64,000 nt of DNA from an uncultured virus (IMG/VR IMGVR_UViG_3300001348_000010). Its lineage: Duplodnaviria; Heunggongvirae; Uroviricota; Caudoviricetes. Shown piece by piece: positions 9,260 to 17,993 of this stretch. The translations under genes and the position numbers were made by a program. Position 1 is the first letter of the stretch, and each line of letters begins with the position of its first letter. The notes under the pieces were generated by a model. That model saw only the letters and a list, made by a program, of their open reading frames with translations, was not told where the DNA came from and searched no databases. The DNA lies in the IMG/VR virus record IMGVR_UViG_3300001348_000010, positions 1 to 64,000 of that record; one strand, given 5' to 3'.

Positions 9260-9334
9260 TTGCGACATATAGTAATAAAATGTTAAAAATTACTACATTT
9301 AGCTATTTACAAGATCACTGATATGCTATATAAT
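9260..9334 (+). promoter_or_regulatory. nrdBA promoter with two possible NrdR-box-like sites
   Basis: TTTACA(9306)-N17-TATAAT(9329); ttgCgAcATaTaGtaa (9260) and ttaCtAcATtTaGcta (9290) upstream. Confidence 0.5.
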
Positions 9335-9388
9335 ACTACCTACTAGAAATGAGAATCCACTTGTTTCACGCCCTGGAGTATTAATTGC

Positions 9389-10360
9389 ATGCTATTCGAA
9401 GAACAAATTTCCCGAAAACCTGATCACTATCCATGGACTAAACAGTTCATAGAAGCAATATGGAAAGGTTTCTGGACACCGGAAGAATTTAACTTCCGAT
9501 CAGACTATTCCCAATTTAAAAATGATTTAACACCAGCTGAACAACAAATAGTTGTTAAGACAATGTCTGCTATTGGTCAGATAGAGATTGCTGTTAAATC
9601 ATTCTGGGCAGATGTGGGTAATAACCTACCGCACCCATCTATCAAAGACTTAGGTTATGCTATGGCTAATTCAGAGGTCATACATAATATGGCTTATGAA
9701 AAGATCCTCGATGTTCTACATCTTACACACGTATTTGAAGAGAACCTTAATGTTGATGTTATTAAAGGTCGTGTTGACTATCTAAGAAAATACAATAAGA
9801 AAGTATATGAGGACGATAGAAAACAATACATCTATTCAATTGCACTCTTTACATTGTTTGTAGAAAATGTTAGCTTGTTCTCGCAGTTCTATATTATCAT
9901 GCACTTAAATCGTAATAAAGCAGTAATGAAAGATTGTGCTCAACAAGTACAGTATACACGTAATGAAGAAATGCTACACGCACAAGTAGGCATTAAATTG
10001 ATTCAAACATTACGTGAAGAATACCCTGAGTTGTTTGATAAAGAATTAGAAGACCGTATCAAGCATGAGTGTGTTGAATCACTAAAAGCAGAAAGCAAAG
10101 TAATTGAGTGGATTATGGATGGACATACAGCAGATGGTCTGAGTGCAGATATTCTAAAATCTTTTATCGCTAAGCGCATGGCAGATTCTATGGATATGAT
10201 CGGTATAGATAACTCTGAAATCGTCTATGATGAAGGTCATATTAAAGAGACTTTCTGGTTTGACGAAGAACTATTTGGTGCTAACATGACAGACTTCTTT
10301 CAAAAGAGACCTGTTGAGTACGCTAAAGGCAAGGGCATTTCCGCCGATGATTTATTTTAG
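9389..10360 (+). CDS. nrdB: Ribonucleotide reductase beta subunit (class Id/NrdBi-like)
   Basis: FWTPEEF, QIEIAVKSFW, SEVIH...Y, VENVSLFSQF, EEMLH, DFFQKRPVEY. Confidence 0.93.
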   Translation: MLFEEQISRKPDHYPWTKQFIEAIWKGFWTPEEFNFRSDYSQFKNDLTPAEQQIVVKTMSAIGQIEIAVKSFWADVGNNLPHPSIKDLGYAMANSEVIHNMAYEKILDVLHLTHVFEENLNVDVIKGRVDYLRKYNKKVYEDDRKQYIYSIALFTLFVENVSLFSQFYIIMHLNRNKAVMKDCAQQVQYTRNEEMLHAQVGIKLIQTLREEYPELFDKELEDRIKHECVESLKAESKVIEWIMDGHTADGLSADILKSFIAKRMADSMDMIGIDNSEIVYDEGHIKETFWFDEELFGANMTDFFQKRPVEYAKGKGISADDLF

Positions 10361-10372
10361 AAGGATTACATA

Positions 10373-12022
10373 ATGGGCTTTGAATGGGCAAATGATGATT
10401 CACGGGTGTTCCTCTCCCGTGGATACATTGACGGTAACATGACCGTTGAAGAAAGAGTAAGAGGTATTGCGCAGACAGCAGAAAAGAACCTTGAACTGGA
10501 AGGTACTGGATGGGCTGATAAATTCTATGACTATATGAGTCGTGGTTTCTATTCGCTATCATCTCCTGTGTGGGCTAACTATGGAACATCTAAAGGATTA
10601 CCAATTTCATGTAATGGAGTTTATATCTCTGATACTATGGAATCAATTCTATTAAAGACTGCAGAAGTAGGAATGCAAACAAAGCTAGGAGCAGGAACAT
10701 CTGCATACTTTGGTGCATTAAGGTCAAGAGGTGAAACTATTAAGAGTGGTGGAACTGCTGATGGTCCTGTACACTTTATGAACTTATGGGAAACAACTGT
10801 TGATGTTGTAGCTCAAGGTAATGTAAGACGTGGATCAATGGCTGCATATCTTGATGTTGAATCACCAGACATTATGGAATTCCTAGATGCTCGTGAAGAG
10901 GGTTCATCAATTATTAATCTAAGTCTCGGTGTTACTATCGGAGATGAGTGGATGCAATCCATGATTGATGGTGATGTAGATAAGAGAACAATATGGGCAC
11001 GTATTCTGCGTAAACGTCGTGAGAGTGGTTATCCTTACTTGTTCTTTAAAGATACAGTAAATAATAATGCACCTAAAGTATTACGTGATCAAGGTATTAA
11101 GATTTGGGCATCTAATCTATGTTCAGAGATTGCTTTACCGTCCGCAGAAGACGAATCGTTTGTATGTAATCTAGCATCTATGAACTTACTAAAGTATGAT
11201 GAGTGGAAAGAAACTGACGCAGTAGAAACAATGATCTGGTTTCTTGATGCTGTTATGGAAGAGTACATTGAAAAGACTGATAATATTCCTTTCATGGCTT
11301 CTGCTAATAACTTTGCACGCAGATGGCGTGCACTTGGTCTAGGTCAACTTGGTTGGCATTCATATCTACAATCTAAGATGATTCCCTTTGAGTCATTTGA
11401 TGCTCATCTATTAACTGTTGAAATCTCTAAATTTATTGAAGATCATTCTAAGGCAGCATCTAAGGAACTTGCTATTGAATATGGTGAACCAGAAGGTATG
11501 CTAGGATATGGTATGCGAAACCTAACCACTTGTGCTATTGCTCCTACTACAAGTTCATCATTTATTCTAGGTCAAGTATCACCATCTATCGAGCCATTGG
11601 CATCTAACTACTTTACTAAAGACTTGGCAAAGGGCAAATTTACTTACAAGAATCCTTATCTAAATGACGTACTAGAAAAGTATAGTAGGAATGATAGTGC
11701 AACTTGGCTAGATATTTTAAAGCATGGTGGTTCAGTACAGCATCTTAATTTCTTATCTAAGATTGAAAAAGATGTATTTAAAACTTTCTCTGAAATCTCA
11801 CCATTGGTTATTGTCCAACAAGCTGGTGCAAGGCAGAAATATATAGATCAAGCACAGAGTTTAAATATACTTATCCACCCTGATGTGTCAGCTAAAGATG
11901 TGAATGCATTGATTATAGAAGGATGGAAACTAGGTGTAAAAACTTTCTATTATCAACGATCAGCTAACCCTGCTCAAGAATTGGTAAGAGATATTATGAA
12001 TTGTGCAGCATGCGAAGGATAA
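10373..12022 (+). CDS. nrdA: Ribonucleotide reductase alpha subunit, no ATP cone
   Basis: PISC, SNLCSEI, CNLAS, APTTSSS, DQAQSLN, KTFYY, C-terminal CAACEG. Confidence 0.95.
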   Translation: MGFEWANDDSRVFLSRGYIDGNMTVEERVRGIAQTAEKNLELEGTGWADKFYDYMSRGFYSLSSPVWANYGTSKGLPISCNGVYISDTMESILLKTAEVGMQTKLGAGTSAYFGALRSRGETIKSGGTADGPVHFMNLWETTVDVVAQGNVRRGSMAAYLDVESPDIMEFLDAREEGSSIINLSLGVTIGDEWMQSMIDGDVDKRTIWARILRKRRESGYPYLFFKDTVNNNAPKVLRDQGIKIWASNLCSEIALPSAEDESFVCNLASMNLLKYDEWKETDAVETMIWFLDAVMEEYIEKTDNIPFMASANNFARRWRALGLGQLGWHSYLQSKMIPFESFDAHLLTVEISKFIEDHSKAASKELAIEYGEPEGMLGYGMRNLTTCAIAPTTSSSFILGQVSPSIEPLASNYFTKDLAKGKFTYKNPYLNDVLEKYSRNDSATWLDILKHGGSVQHLNFLSKIEKDVFKTFSEISPLVIVQQAGARQKYIDQAQSLNILIHPDVSAKDVNALIIEGWKLGVKTFYYQRSANPAQELVRDIMNCAACEG

Positions 12023-12031
12023 GGAGAGAGT

Positions 12032-12181
12032 ATGTCTAAACCAATAAAAATAGAATGTGGTATGTGTGAAGAAATATCATTTGTAGAGGTTGTGTCTGAT
12101 GAAACACCACATCATTGTCCAATGTGTGGTCATCCGGTTAACTTTGAATCTGATGGATATGATGAGGAAGATGACTACTAA
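12032..12181 (+). CDS. Small zinc-ribbon/rubredoxin-like protein (49 aa)
   Basis: CGMC...CPMCG, acidic tail, AGGAG RBS. Confidence 0.7.
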   Translation: MSKPIKIECGMCEEISFVEVVSDETPHHCPMCGHPVNFESDGYDEEDDY

Positions 12182-12208
12182 ATAGCCTTGAATTGATAAG
12201 GTATTGCT

Positions 12209-12649
12209 ATGTGGTTATATGAAGATAAAGAATTTAAGCCCACCCCAGATGAACTATCGTCTTGGGTGGGTTTTGTATATGAAGTACAAGATAAGAGTAA
12301 TGGTAAAAAGTATATCGGTAAGAAGGGTTTCTGGTCCACTCGCCGTCTAAAGCCATTAAAAGGTAAGACCAGAAAAAGAGTTGTTAAGAAAGAATCCGAT
12401 TGGATGAAGTATTATGGCTCTAACGAACAAATCAAACTATTATTAGAAGAACATGGTCCTACTCGCTGGAATCGCACTATTTTAAGATTGTGTAAAAGCA
12501 AGGGAGAGATGAGTTATTACGAAGCTAAACTGCAATTTGATAAAAACGTACTTTTTGACTCAAATTATTATAATGAATTCATAGGTTTAAAGATACATTC
12601 CAAGCACGTTGCAAATCTAATCGAGGAAATGATGAATGGTGGAGATTAA
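12209..12649 (+). CDS. GIY-YIG-family nuclease-like protein
   Basis: GFVY...KKYIGKK motif, later YYE and YYN. Confidence 0.7.
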   Translation: MWLYEDKEFKPTPDELSSWVGFVYEVQDKSNGKKYIGKKGFWSTRRLKPLKGKTRKRVVKKESDWMKYYGSNEQIKLLLEEHGPTRWNRTILRLCKSKGEMSYYEAKLQFDKNVLFDSNYYNEFIGLKIHSKHVANLIEEMMNGGD

Positions 12650-12836
12650 TATAAAGAAAGCCAATGAGTTAATGTGGGCTGTAAAAGGCCAGTTGATACC
12701 AGAAAACTATTCAGATGAAGATATAAAGAAAACATATGATTCATACTTTGCAAGGATGTGGGGTAACCATGAATATACATATCGTTTAGAAGGATTTGAA
12801 GAAGCATGGGCAAAAAGAGTAAAAGATAAGATGTAA
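12636..12836 (+). CDS. Hypothetical protein
   Basis: 66-aa ORF, GAGG RBS, overlaps upstream gene. Confidence 0.55.
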   Translation: MVEINIKKANELMWAVKGQLIPENYSDEDIKKTYDSYFARMWGNHEYTYRLEGFEEAWAKRVKDKM

Positions 12837-12951
12837 CATATTTGTTACACTTTATTGTTTTTATAAAAAAAAGTTAAAAAAGTAAAGAAAACACTTTACA
12901 TCTATGTTTAAATGTGTTATATTAGTTATAGAAACAATAACTAAGGAATTA
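12832..12951 (+). promoter_or_regulatory. Early promoter cassette with upstream palindrome (copy 1)
   Basis: TGTAACA-N4-TGTTACA; A-tract; TTTACA(12895)-N17-TATATT; 40-nt block identical to 36563-36602. Confidence 0.75.
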
Positions 12952-12955
12952 TAAT

Positions 12956-13180
12956 ATGGGTTATATAACATTCAAAGATCAAATGTTTGATGACGAGCAT
13001 GGCGGTCCTTTTGATCGTGGCATTATGGATTCTTATTATGGTAGACGATATGCACCTCATAGGTATTCTAATGGAACTCATAACCTTGGTCGTATCGAAA
13101 AATTAACTGCCGAAGAAACTCATGCTTATTGCATGGGATTTGAATATAATGAAGAAAGCGGAGATAGAAAGGAATGGTAA
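12956..13180 (+). CDS. Early hypothetical protein
   Basis: HGGPFDRG..DSYYGR...GDRKEW; follows promoter and AAGGA RBS. Confidence 0.7.
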   Translation: MGYITFKDQMFDDEHGGPFDRGIMDSYYGRRYAPHRYSNGTHNLGRIEKLTAEETHAYCMGFEYNEESGDRKEW

Positions 13181-13359
13181 TGAACCAGTCACAAATAATG
13201 TTTGTAGCAGAATATACTCTGCTTAATGATGAAAAGTCAATTGCTTACTTTGATAGCCAAAGTAAGGCACTAGAATGGGTTAAAGATGCCAATAAATTTG
13301 GTTTACTAGATACCTTTATTATTGATCAACGTAAAGTTAAAATGGAAGAGTTTATATGA
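13174..13359 (+). CDS. Hypothetical protein
   Basis: 61-aa ORF overlapping both neighbours. Confidence 0.5.
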   Translation: MVMNQSQIMFVAEYTLLNDEKSIAYFDSQSKALEWVKDANKFGLLDTFIIDQRKVKMEEFI

Positions 13360-14201
13360 TATTAATTGATTATAATGGAGTTGCCATCGGCAACTTCCTT
13401 GCTATGAAAATGCAGACGGACGAGGATTTACTCCGTCATATGGTTCTTAACTCAATTCGTATGTACCGCAAAAAGTACAGTAAAGAATTTGGTGAGATTG
13501 TTGTTGTTGCTGACGGCACTAATAACTGGCGCAAGCGTGTGTTTCCTCAGTATAAAGCTAATCGTAAGAAATCACGTGAGAAATCTAGTGTAGATTGGAA
13601 TGAAGTGTTCCGTATTCTTAATACTGTTCGTGATGAAATACGCGATAACTTTCCTTATAAAGTAATACATCAAGATGGATGTGAAGCTGACGATTCGATA
13701 GCACAGATAGCTACGGCAACTCAAGAGTTCGGTAGATATGAGCCTGTTATGATTATATCAGCAGATAAAGATTTTGCTCAACTCCAAATAAATAGTAATG
13801 TTAAGCAGTATTCTCCTATGACTAAGAAACTTATTGTAGAAAAGAATCCTAGAACATTCTTACTTGAGCATGTACTTAAAGGTGACTCATCAGATGGTGT
13901 GCCTAATGTATTATCAGATGATGATGTATTTGTAGATGGTCGTCGTCAGACACCTTTATCAGCTAAGAAAAAAGCTGCCTTAATGGAAGACCCTTTAGCC
14001 CTAGGTGAAGATGTCTTGCGTAATATACAACGTAATCGTACCATGATTGACTTGATGGAATTACCAGAAACTATAAAACTGGATATTATAAATAACTATG
14101 ATAGCCAAGATCCAACAGAGAATAAATCTAAGGTTCTGAACTATCTAATTAACAAACGTTGTAGATTATTAATTGAAAGTGTAGGAGAGTTTATTTTATG
14201 A
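13356..14201 (+). CDS. rnh: T4-type RNase H / 5'-3' flap exonuclease
   Basis: ILID, WRK..FP.YKANR, EADD, SADKDF, GDSSDGVPN. Confidence 0.92.
   Translation: MILIDYNGVAIGNFLAMKMQTDEDLLRHMVLNSIRMYRKKYSKEFGEIVVVADGTNNWRKRVFPQYKANRKKSREKSSVDWNEVFRILNTVRDEIRDNFPYKVIHQDGCEADDSIAQIATATQEFGRYEPVMIISADKDFAQLQINSNVKQYSPMTKKLIVEKNPRTFLLEHVLKGDSSDGVPNVLSDDDVFVDGRRQTPLSAKKKAALMEDPLALGEDVLRNIQRNRTMIDLMELPETIKLDIINNYDSQDPTENKSKVLNYLINKRCRLLIESVGEFIL
14087..14094 (+). promoter_or_regulatory. T4-type late promoter
   Basis: TATAAATA inside the 3' end of rnh. Confidence 0.5.
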
Positions 14202-14614
14202 AACTTGTTTATGAAGTCTTTGAGAAATATTCAAAGGCTAGAAGTAAAGAGGAGCGTATAGCTGTTCTTAAAGATAATGAATCATGGTGGTTAAAAGATA
14301 TTATCCGTGGCACGATGGATGATACAGTTAGATGGAACTTACCTGCGGGTGCTCCACCTTACACTGAAAATAAACCTGAAAGTGCACCTTCCCAACTCAG
14401 TAAACAGCACAAGAAGTTTGTCAACTTTGTAGTAGGCGGACCTGGTGATAATATGAATGGTATACGGAGGGAAAGATTGTTTATAGAAATTCTGGAAGCT
14501 ATTCATCCAGAAGATGCTAAGCTAGTAATTGCTATGATTTCAAAAAAGAAGACCGTTAAAACATTAACTAGACCTATAGTAAATGAAGCCTTTCCTGGGC
14601 TTCTAAAGGACTAA
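14198..14614 (+). CDS. Conserved T4-like hypothetical protein (DUF6433-like)
   Basis: W.LP.G.PPY; RRERLFIEILEAIHPEDA; EAFP. Confidence 0.7.
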   Translation: MKLVYEVFEKYSKARSKEERIAVLKDNESWWLKDIIRGTMDDTVRWNLPAGAPPYTENKPESAPSQLSKQHKKFVNFVVGGPGDNMNGIRRERLFIEILEAIHPEDAKLVIAMISKKKTVKTLTRPIVNEAFPGLLKD

Positions 14615-14646
14615 CATTGCCTAACAAACTAAAAAATTAACCAATG

Positions 14647-14679
14647 GGTCGAAGTAGAAATTCTACTTTGGCCTTTTTT
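14647..14679 (+). terminator. Rho-independent terminator
   Basis: GGTCGAAGTAGA/TCTACTTTGGCC stem (with G-U pairs) followed by T6. Confidence 0.6.
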
Positions 14680-14700
14680 ACTTTAAGGAAACAATCTAAT

Positions 14701-14871
14701 ATGATCTCAGCTCAAATTGAACGACTAAGACGTGACTCGCGAGAACTGGTACAATACTCAAAGAAACTAGAAAAAAAGGGTAGAGCCGATCTTGTACATA
14801 AGATTATGTTAAAGAAACAATTTATAGATCAGCACATTGAAGATGTGATAGCGGAGCAAAATTCTTCATAA
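14701..14871 (+). CDS. Hypothetical protein
   Basis: MISAQIERLRRD...; AAGGA RBS. Confidence 0.55.
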   Translation: MISAQIERLRRDSRELVQYSKKLEKKGRADLVHKIMLKKQFIDQHIEDVIAEQNSS

Positions 14872-14887
14872 AAACAAAAAATAAGTG

Positions 14888-14916
14888 TTTACATCTCCAC
14901 TAAGGTATGGTATAAT
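14888..14916 (+). promoter_or_regulatory. Sigma70-type early promoter
   Basis: TTTACA-N17-TATAAT. Confidence 0.7.
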
Positions 14917-14947
14917 AAATTAACTTATTTTGGTGGAGATGGATACT

Positions 14948-15511
14948 ATGAATATTTTTATATTAGATAAAAATCCTGTTGTAGCAGCACAGTTACAATG
15001 CGATAAACATATCGTTAAAATGATCTTAGAGTGTGGTCAAATGCTTTCAACTGCACATCGTATGTTGGATGGCACTCTTACTAAAAGAAAATCTAAATCT
15101 GGTAAGACCATGAGTAAATACTGGGAGCTTACTGGAGAGAAAGAGCAAGTTTTGTATAAAGCTGTACACACTGGCCATCCTTGTACCGTATGGACTATGG
15201 AAACTAATTCTAATTACAATTGGCATTATAAACACTTTATTGCTTTATGTGATGAATACACTTATCGTTATGGTAAAGTGCATATGACAGATACTAAATT
15301 ACGTGATGTGTTAAAAAGACCACCTGTTATGACTTTATATAGCAATGACTTAACACCGTTTAGACTAGCAATGGGTGCAGAGCCACAGTGTATTAATGAG
15401 TCAGATCCAGTTGGTTCTTATCGTGAATACTATCAGACTAAGCAAGATAGATTTAAAATGGTTTGGTCTAAACGTGATATACCGGAGTGGTTTAATGTTT
15501 CTGCTGCCTAA
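14948..15511 (+). CDS. denV: Pyrimidine-dimer DNA glycosylase / endonuclease V family protein
   Basis: MNIFILD..P..AA...CDKHIVKM..E..QMLST, HPCTVW, EYTYRYGKVH. Confidence 0.8.
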   Translation: MNIFILDKNPVVAAQLQCDKHIVKMILECGQMLSTAHRMLDGTLTKRKSKSGKTMSKYWELTGEKEQVLYKAVHTGHPCTVWTMETNSNYNWHYKHFIALCDEYTYRYGKVHMTDTKLRDVLKRPPVMTLYSNDLTPFRLAMGAEPQCINESDPVGSYREYYQTKQDRFKMVWSKRDIPEWFNVSAA

Positions 15512-15797
15512 TCTTAAAACATTAGAAGAATTATCAATAGGTGACACAAAAATGCGCCTCGTTGAGACAGTTAAAAAAAATCAATATATACAGTTATATT
15601 CTAGTTTATCAAAGAAGTGGAATGTAATGTATAAAACAAATGTTGAACAAGAATGGATTGATTGGAAAAATTATGCCAGTGTATACAATAATAGACATAA
15701 ACACAAACAAAGAGTGGGACGAAGTGATGTCTTGGTCAAGCCTAGAAAAGCTGTTAAGCGAAAACCCAAATCTAAAGCAAAGTCTCGCAGTGCCTAA
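15495..15797 (+). CDS. Hypothetical protein with basic C-terminus
   Basis: ATG after GGAG; overlaps next gene extensively. Confidence 0.45.
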   Translation: MFLLPNLKTLEELSIGDTKMRLVETVKKNQYIQLYSSLSKKWNVMYKTNVEQEWIDWKNYASVYNNRHKHKQRVGRSDVLVKPRKAVKRKPKSKAKSRSA

Positions 15798-15906
15798 AAT
15801 AGTAAGTGCTGTTGGTGGAACACTTAAACACACTTCTGATGGTTGGAAAGACCTAACTAAAAGAATGCATGAAAAAGCTGGTAGAGAGAGTAAGATTATT
15901 CGATGA
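15673..15906 (+). CDS. FmdB-like small protein of T4-like phages
   Basis: MPVY start, P.IVS.VG and DGWKD motifs; directly upstream of phoH. Confidence 0.65.
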   Translation: MPVYTIIDINTNKEWDEVMSWSSLEKLLSENPNLKQSLAVPKIVSAVGGTLKHTSDGWKDLTKRMHEKAGRESKIIR

Positions 15907-16598
15907 GCCGTAAATCAACTAAGAGTATGATCCTACGTTTGGACAACATGCCAGACTTTAAACCAATTACTGAAAATCAAAGCCTTGCTGTAGATGCTTG
16001 GGATGATGGCGATAGTCTAATCTTATCTGGTTCAGCTGGTACTGGTAAAACATTTCTTGCTGTATCATTAGCACTTGAAGATGCTCTTGATAAAGAATTG
16101 CCAGAATATGATAAGGTTACTATCGTTCGTTCTATAGTTCCTACACGTGATATAGGTTTCTTACCTGGCAATGAAGATGAGAAAAAGCAAGCATATGCTG
16201 CACCTTATATTAGTATTCTAACAGAATTGTTCCAAGATAAAGAAGCATGGATGAAACTCCAAGCCTCTAATAATATATCATTTGAATCAACATCATTTAT
16301 ACGTGGTACAACTTTTAATAATACTATTATAATTGTAGATGAAATGCAGAACTTAACCTTTCATGAACTTGACTCAGTCATTACTCGTGTGGGTACTAAT
16401 TGTAAAATTATATTCTGTGGAGATTTCCATCAGTCTGATTTCCGCTTTGAAGATGAACGTAATGGACTGCCAGTGTTTCTTAATATACTTGAGCAGATGA
16501 AAGACTTTACGACTATAAACTTTGATTGGAAAGATATTGTACGATCTGGTATCGTACGTGATTATATTATGACTAAGGAGATGAATGGAGTACGTTAA
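15903..16598 (+). CDS. phoH: PhoH-family ATPase
   Basis: GSAGTGKT, IGFLPG, FIRGTTF, VDEMQN, GDFHQSD, DIVRSG. Confidence 0.93.
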   Translation: MSRKSTKSMILRLDNMPDFKPITENQSLAVDAWDDGDSLILSGSAGTGKTFLAVSLALEDALDKELPEYDKVTIVRSIVPTRDIGFLPGNEDEKKQAYAAPYISILTELFQDKEAWMKLQASNNISFESTSFIRGTTFNNTIIIVDEMQNLTFHELDSVITRVGTNCKIIFCGDFHQSDFRFEDERNGLPVFLNILEQMKDFTTINFDWKDIVRSGIVRDYIMTKEMNGVR

Positions 16599-16640
16599 TG
16601 AATAAACTTAACAGTAACACATTGAAAGAAAATTTACATT

Positions 16641-17327
16641 ATGAGAAAATTCGAACACACACCAGTGGATCTAGGCTATGAAGACCTTATTGCTGAAACA
16701 AAACAATCGGGACGAACTTATCTTACCCCTGAAGGTAATAGATATCCTAGTATCACCACTGTCCTATCAATCCTCTCAAGAGACTCAATCGCAGCATGGA
16801 GAGCAAGAGTAGGCGAAGAGGAAGCCAATAAGGTTTCTTATAGAGCATCTACACGCGGCACTGCAGTACATGATATTGTTGAGAAGTATCTTGACAATGA
16901 GGAAATTGATAGAAGTAAGTATACACTAGATGTAATCCAAAGTTGGCTAAACCTAATGCCTATTTTGGATGAACGTATTGGTAAAATCTTTTCTCAAGAG
17001 ACACCTTTGTATTCTAAGTATCTTGGTGTTGCGGGTAGAGTTGACTGTGTGGCAGAGTTTGATGGTGTTCCTAGTATTATTGATTTTAAGACAAGTAAGA
17101 AACCTAAAAAACGTGAATGGGTAACAAACTACTTTACACAAGAGTCAGCATATGCTATAATGTGGGAAGAACGTACAGGAATGCCTATTACTAATCTTGT
17201 AACAATAATGGATGTGGATGGAAATGAACCTATTATATTTAAAGAACATCGTGATACGTGGGCGCCTAAATTACTTGAGACGATTGATCTATATCATCAG
17301 GACCAACGTAAAAGACCTCTCAGTTAG
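16641..17327 (+). CDS. PD-(D/E)XK exonuclease (Cas4-like fold)
   Basis: YPSITTVL, RGTAVH, AGRVD, IIDFKTS, Q..AYA. Confidence 0.85.
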   Translation: MRKFEHTPVDLGYEDLIAETKQSGRTYLTPEGNRYPSITTVLSILSRDSIAAWRARVGEEEANKVSYRASTRGTAVHDIVEKYLDNEEIDRSKYTLDVIQSWLNLMPILDERIGKIFSQETPLYSKYLGVAGRVDCVAEFDGVPSIIDFKTSKKPKKREWVTNYFTQESAYAIMWEERTGMPITNLVTIMDVDGNEPIIFKEHRDTWAPKLLETIDLYHQDQRKRPLS

Positions 17328-17429
17328 TCAGTGGCAAAGACGGAGAACAAAAAAGATAAATATATGTGTATTACTCGGTAAAGAGTATTGTATGAATAAT
17401 TGGATAGAGAACAAGTTGGGAAAAGATAA

Positions 17430-17633
17430 ATGAATATATTTGTTGTTTTAAATTTACGCACGGAGTTCGAATCAATCTCCTATAACTTTAATCCTTCCTT
17501 TACAAGCGATATAGATAGTTTAAGAGCCTTTAAAAAAGAAGGCTATAAGAAAAATCGGTTCCGTAAAGATTATGATAGAGCGGTTGAAATTGCGGAAGCA
17601 ATTCTAGGAGAAACAAATGGAGCAAAAGCCTAA
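17430..17633 (+). CDS. Hypothetical protein
   Basis: 67-aa ORF in gene-dense context. Confidence 0.5.
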   Translation: MNIFVVLNLRTEFESISYNFNPSFTSDIDSLRAFKKEGYKKNRFRKDYDRAVEIAEAILGETNGAKA

Positions 17634-17979
17634 CTCGTTTGGAGTAACACCAAAGGTACTATGTACTGATTCTGATCTTAATAAGGCAGATACCAATAAT
17701 GATGGTGTTATTACTGATGCTGAGATAGCTCGTCAAGAGAGACTAATTCGTCTTGAGAATGAAGATAAAAAGGAAGATGCCCAAAGAGCCATGGCATGGT
17801 TCTGCTTAGTTGGAATGTTAGGGTATCCATTTGCAGTTATACTAGCTGTTGTATTTGGAGTAGATAGTGCCGCCAAGATTTTAGGCGATATGGCTGGTGT
17901 ATATTTCATAGCTGTTGCTGGTATCATAGCTGCATTCTTTGGAGCTGCTGCCATAAAATCTAATGCCGCAAAGAAATAA
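17617..17979 (+). CDS. Two-TM membrane protein with N-terminal EF-hand-like loop (possible holin)
   Basis: DTNNDGVITDAE; two hydrophobic helices; basic C-terminus; AGGAG RBS. Confidence 0.6.
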   Translation: MEQKPNSFGVTPKVLCTDSDLNKADTNNDGVITDAEIARQERLIRLENEDKKEDAQRAMAWFCLVGMLGYPFAVILAVVFGVDSAAKILGDMAGVYFIAVAGIIAAFFGAAAIKSNAAKK

Positions 17980-17993
17980 AATGAAAGTTTATT

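Noticed and set aside
12209..12649. Mobile homing endonuclease or intron near nrdA
   Set aside because: nrdA and nrdB are uninterrupted, and the protein lacks an evident extended DNA-binding domain
16641..17327. Cas4-like nuclease as a sign of CRISPR-Cas
   Set aside because: No repeat-spacer array or other cas genes seen; a stand-alone exonuclease next to phoH is ordinary in T4-like phages
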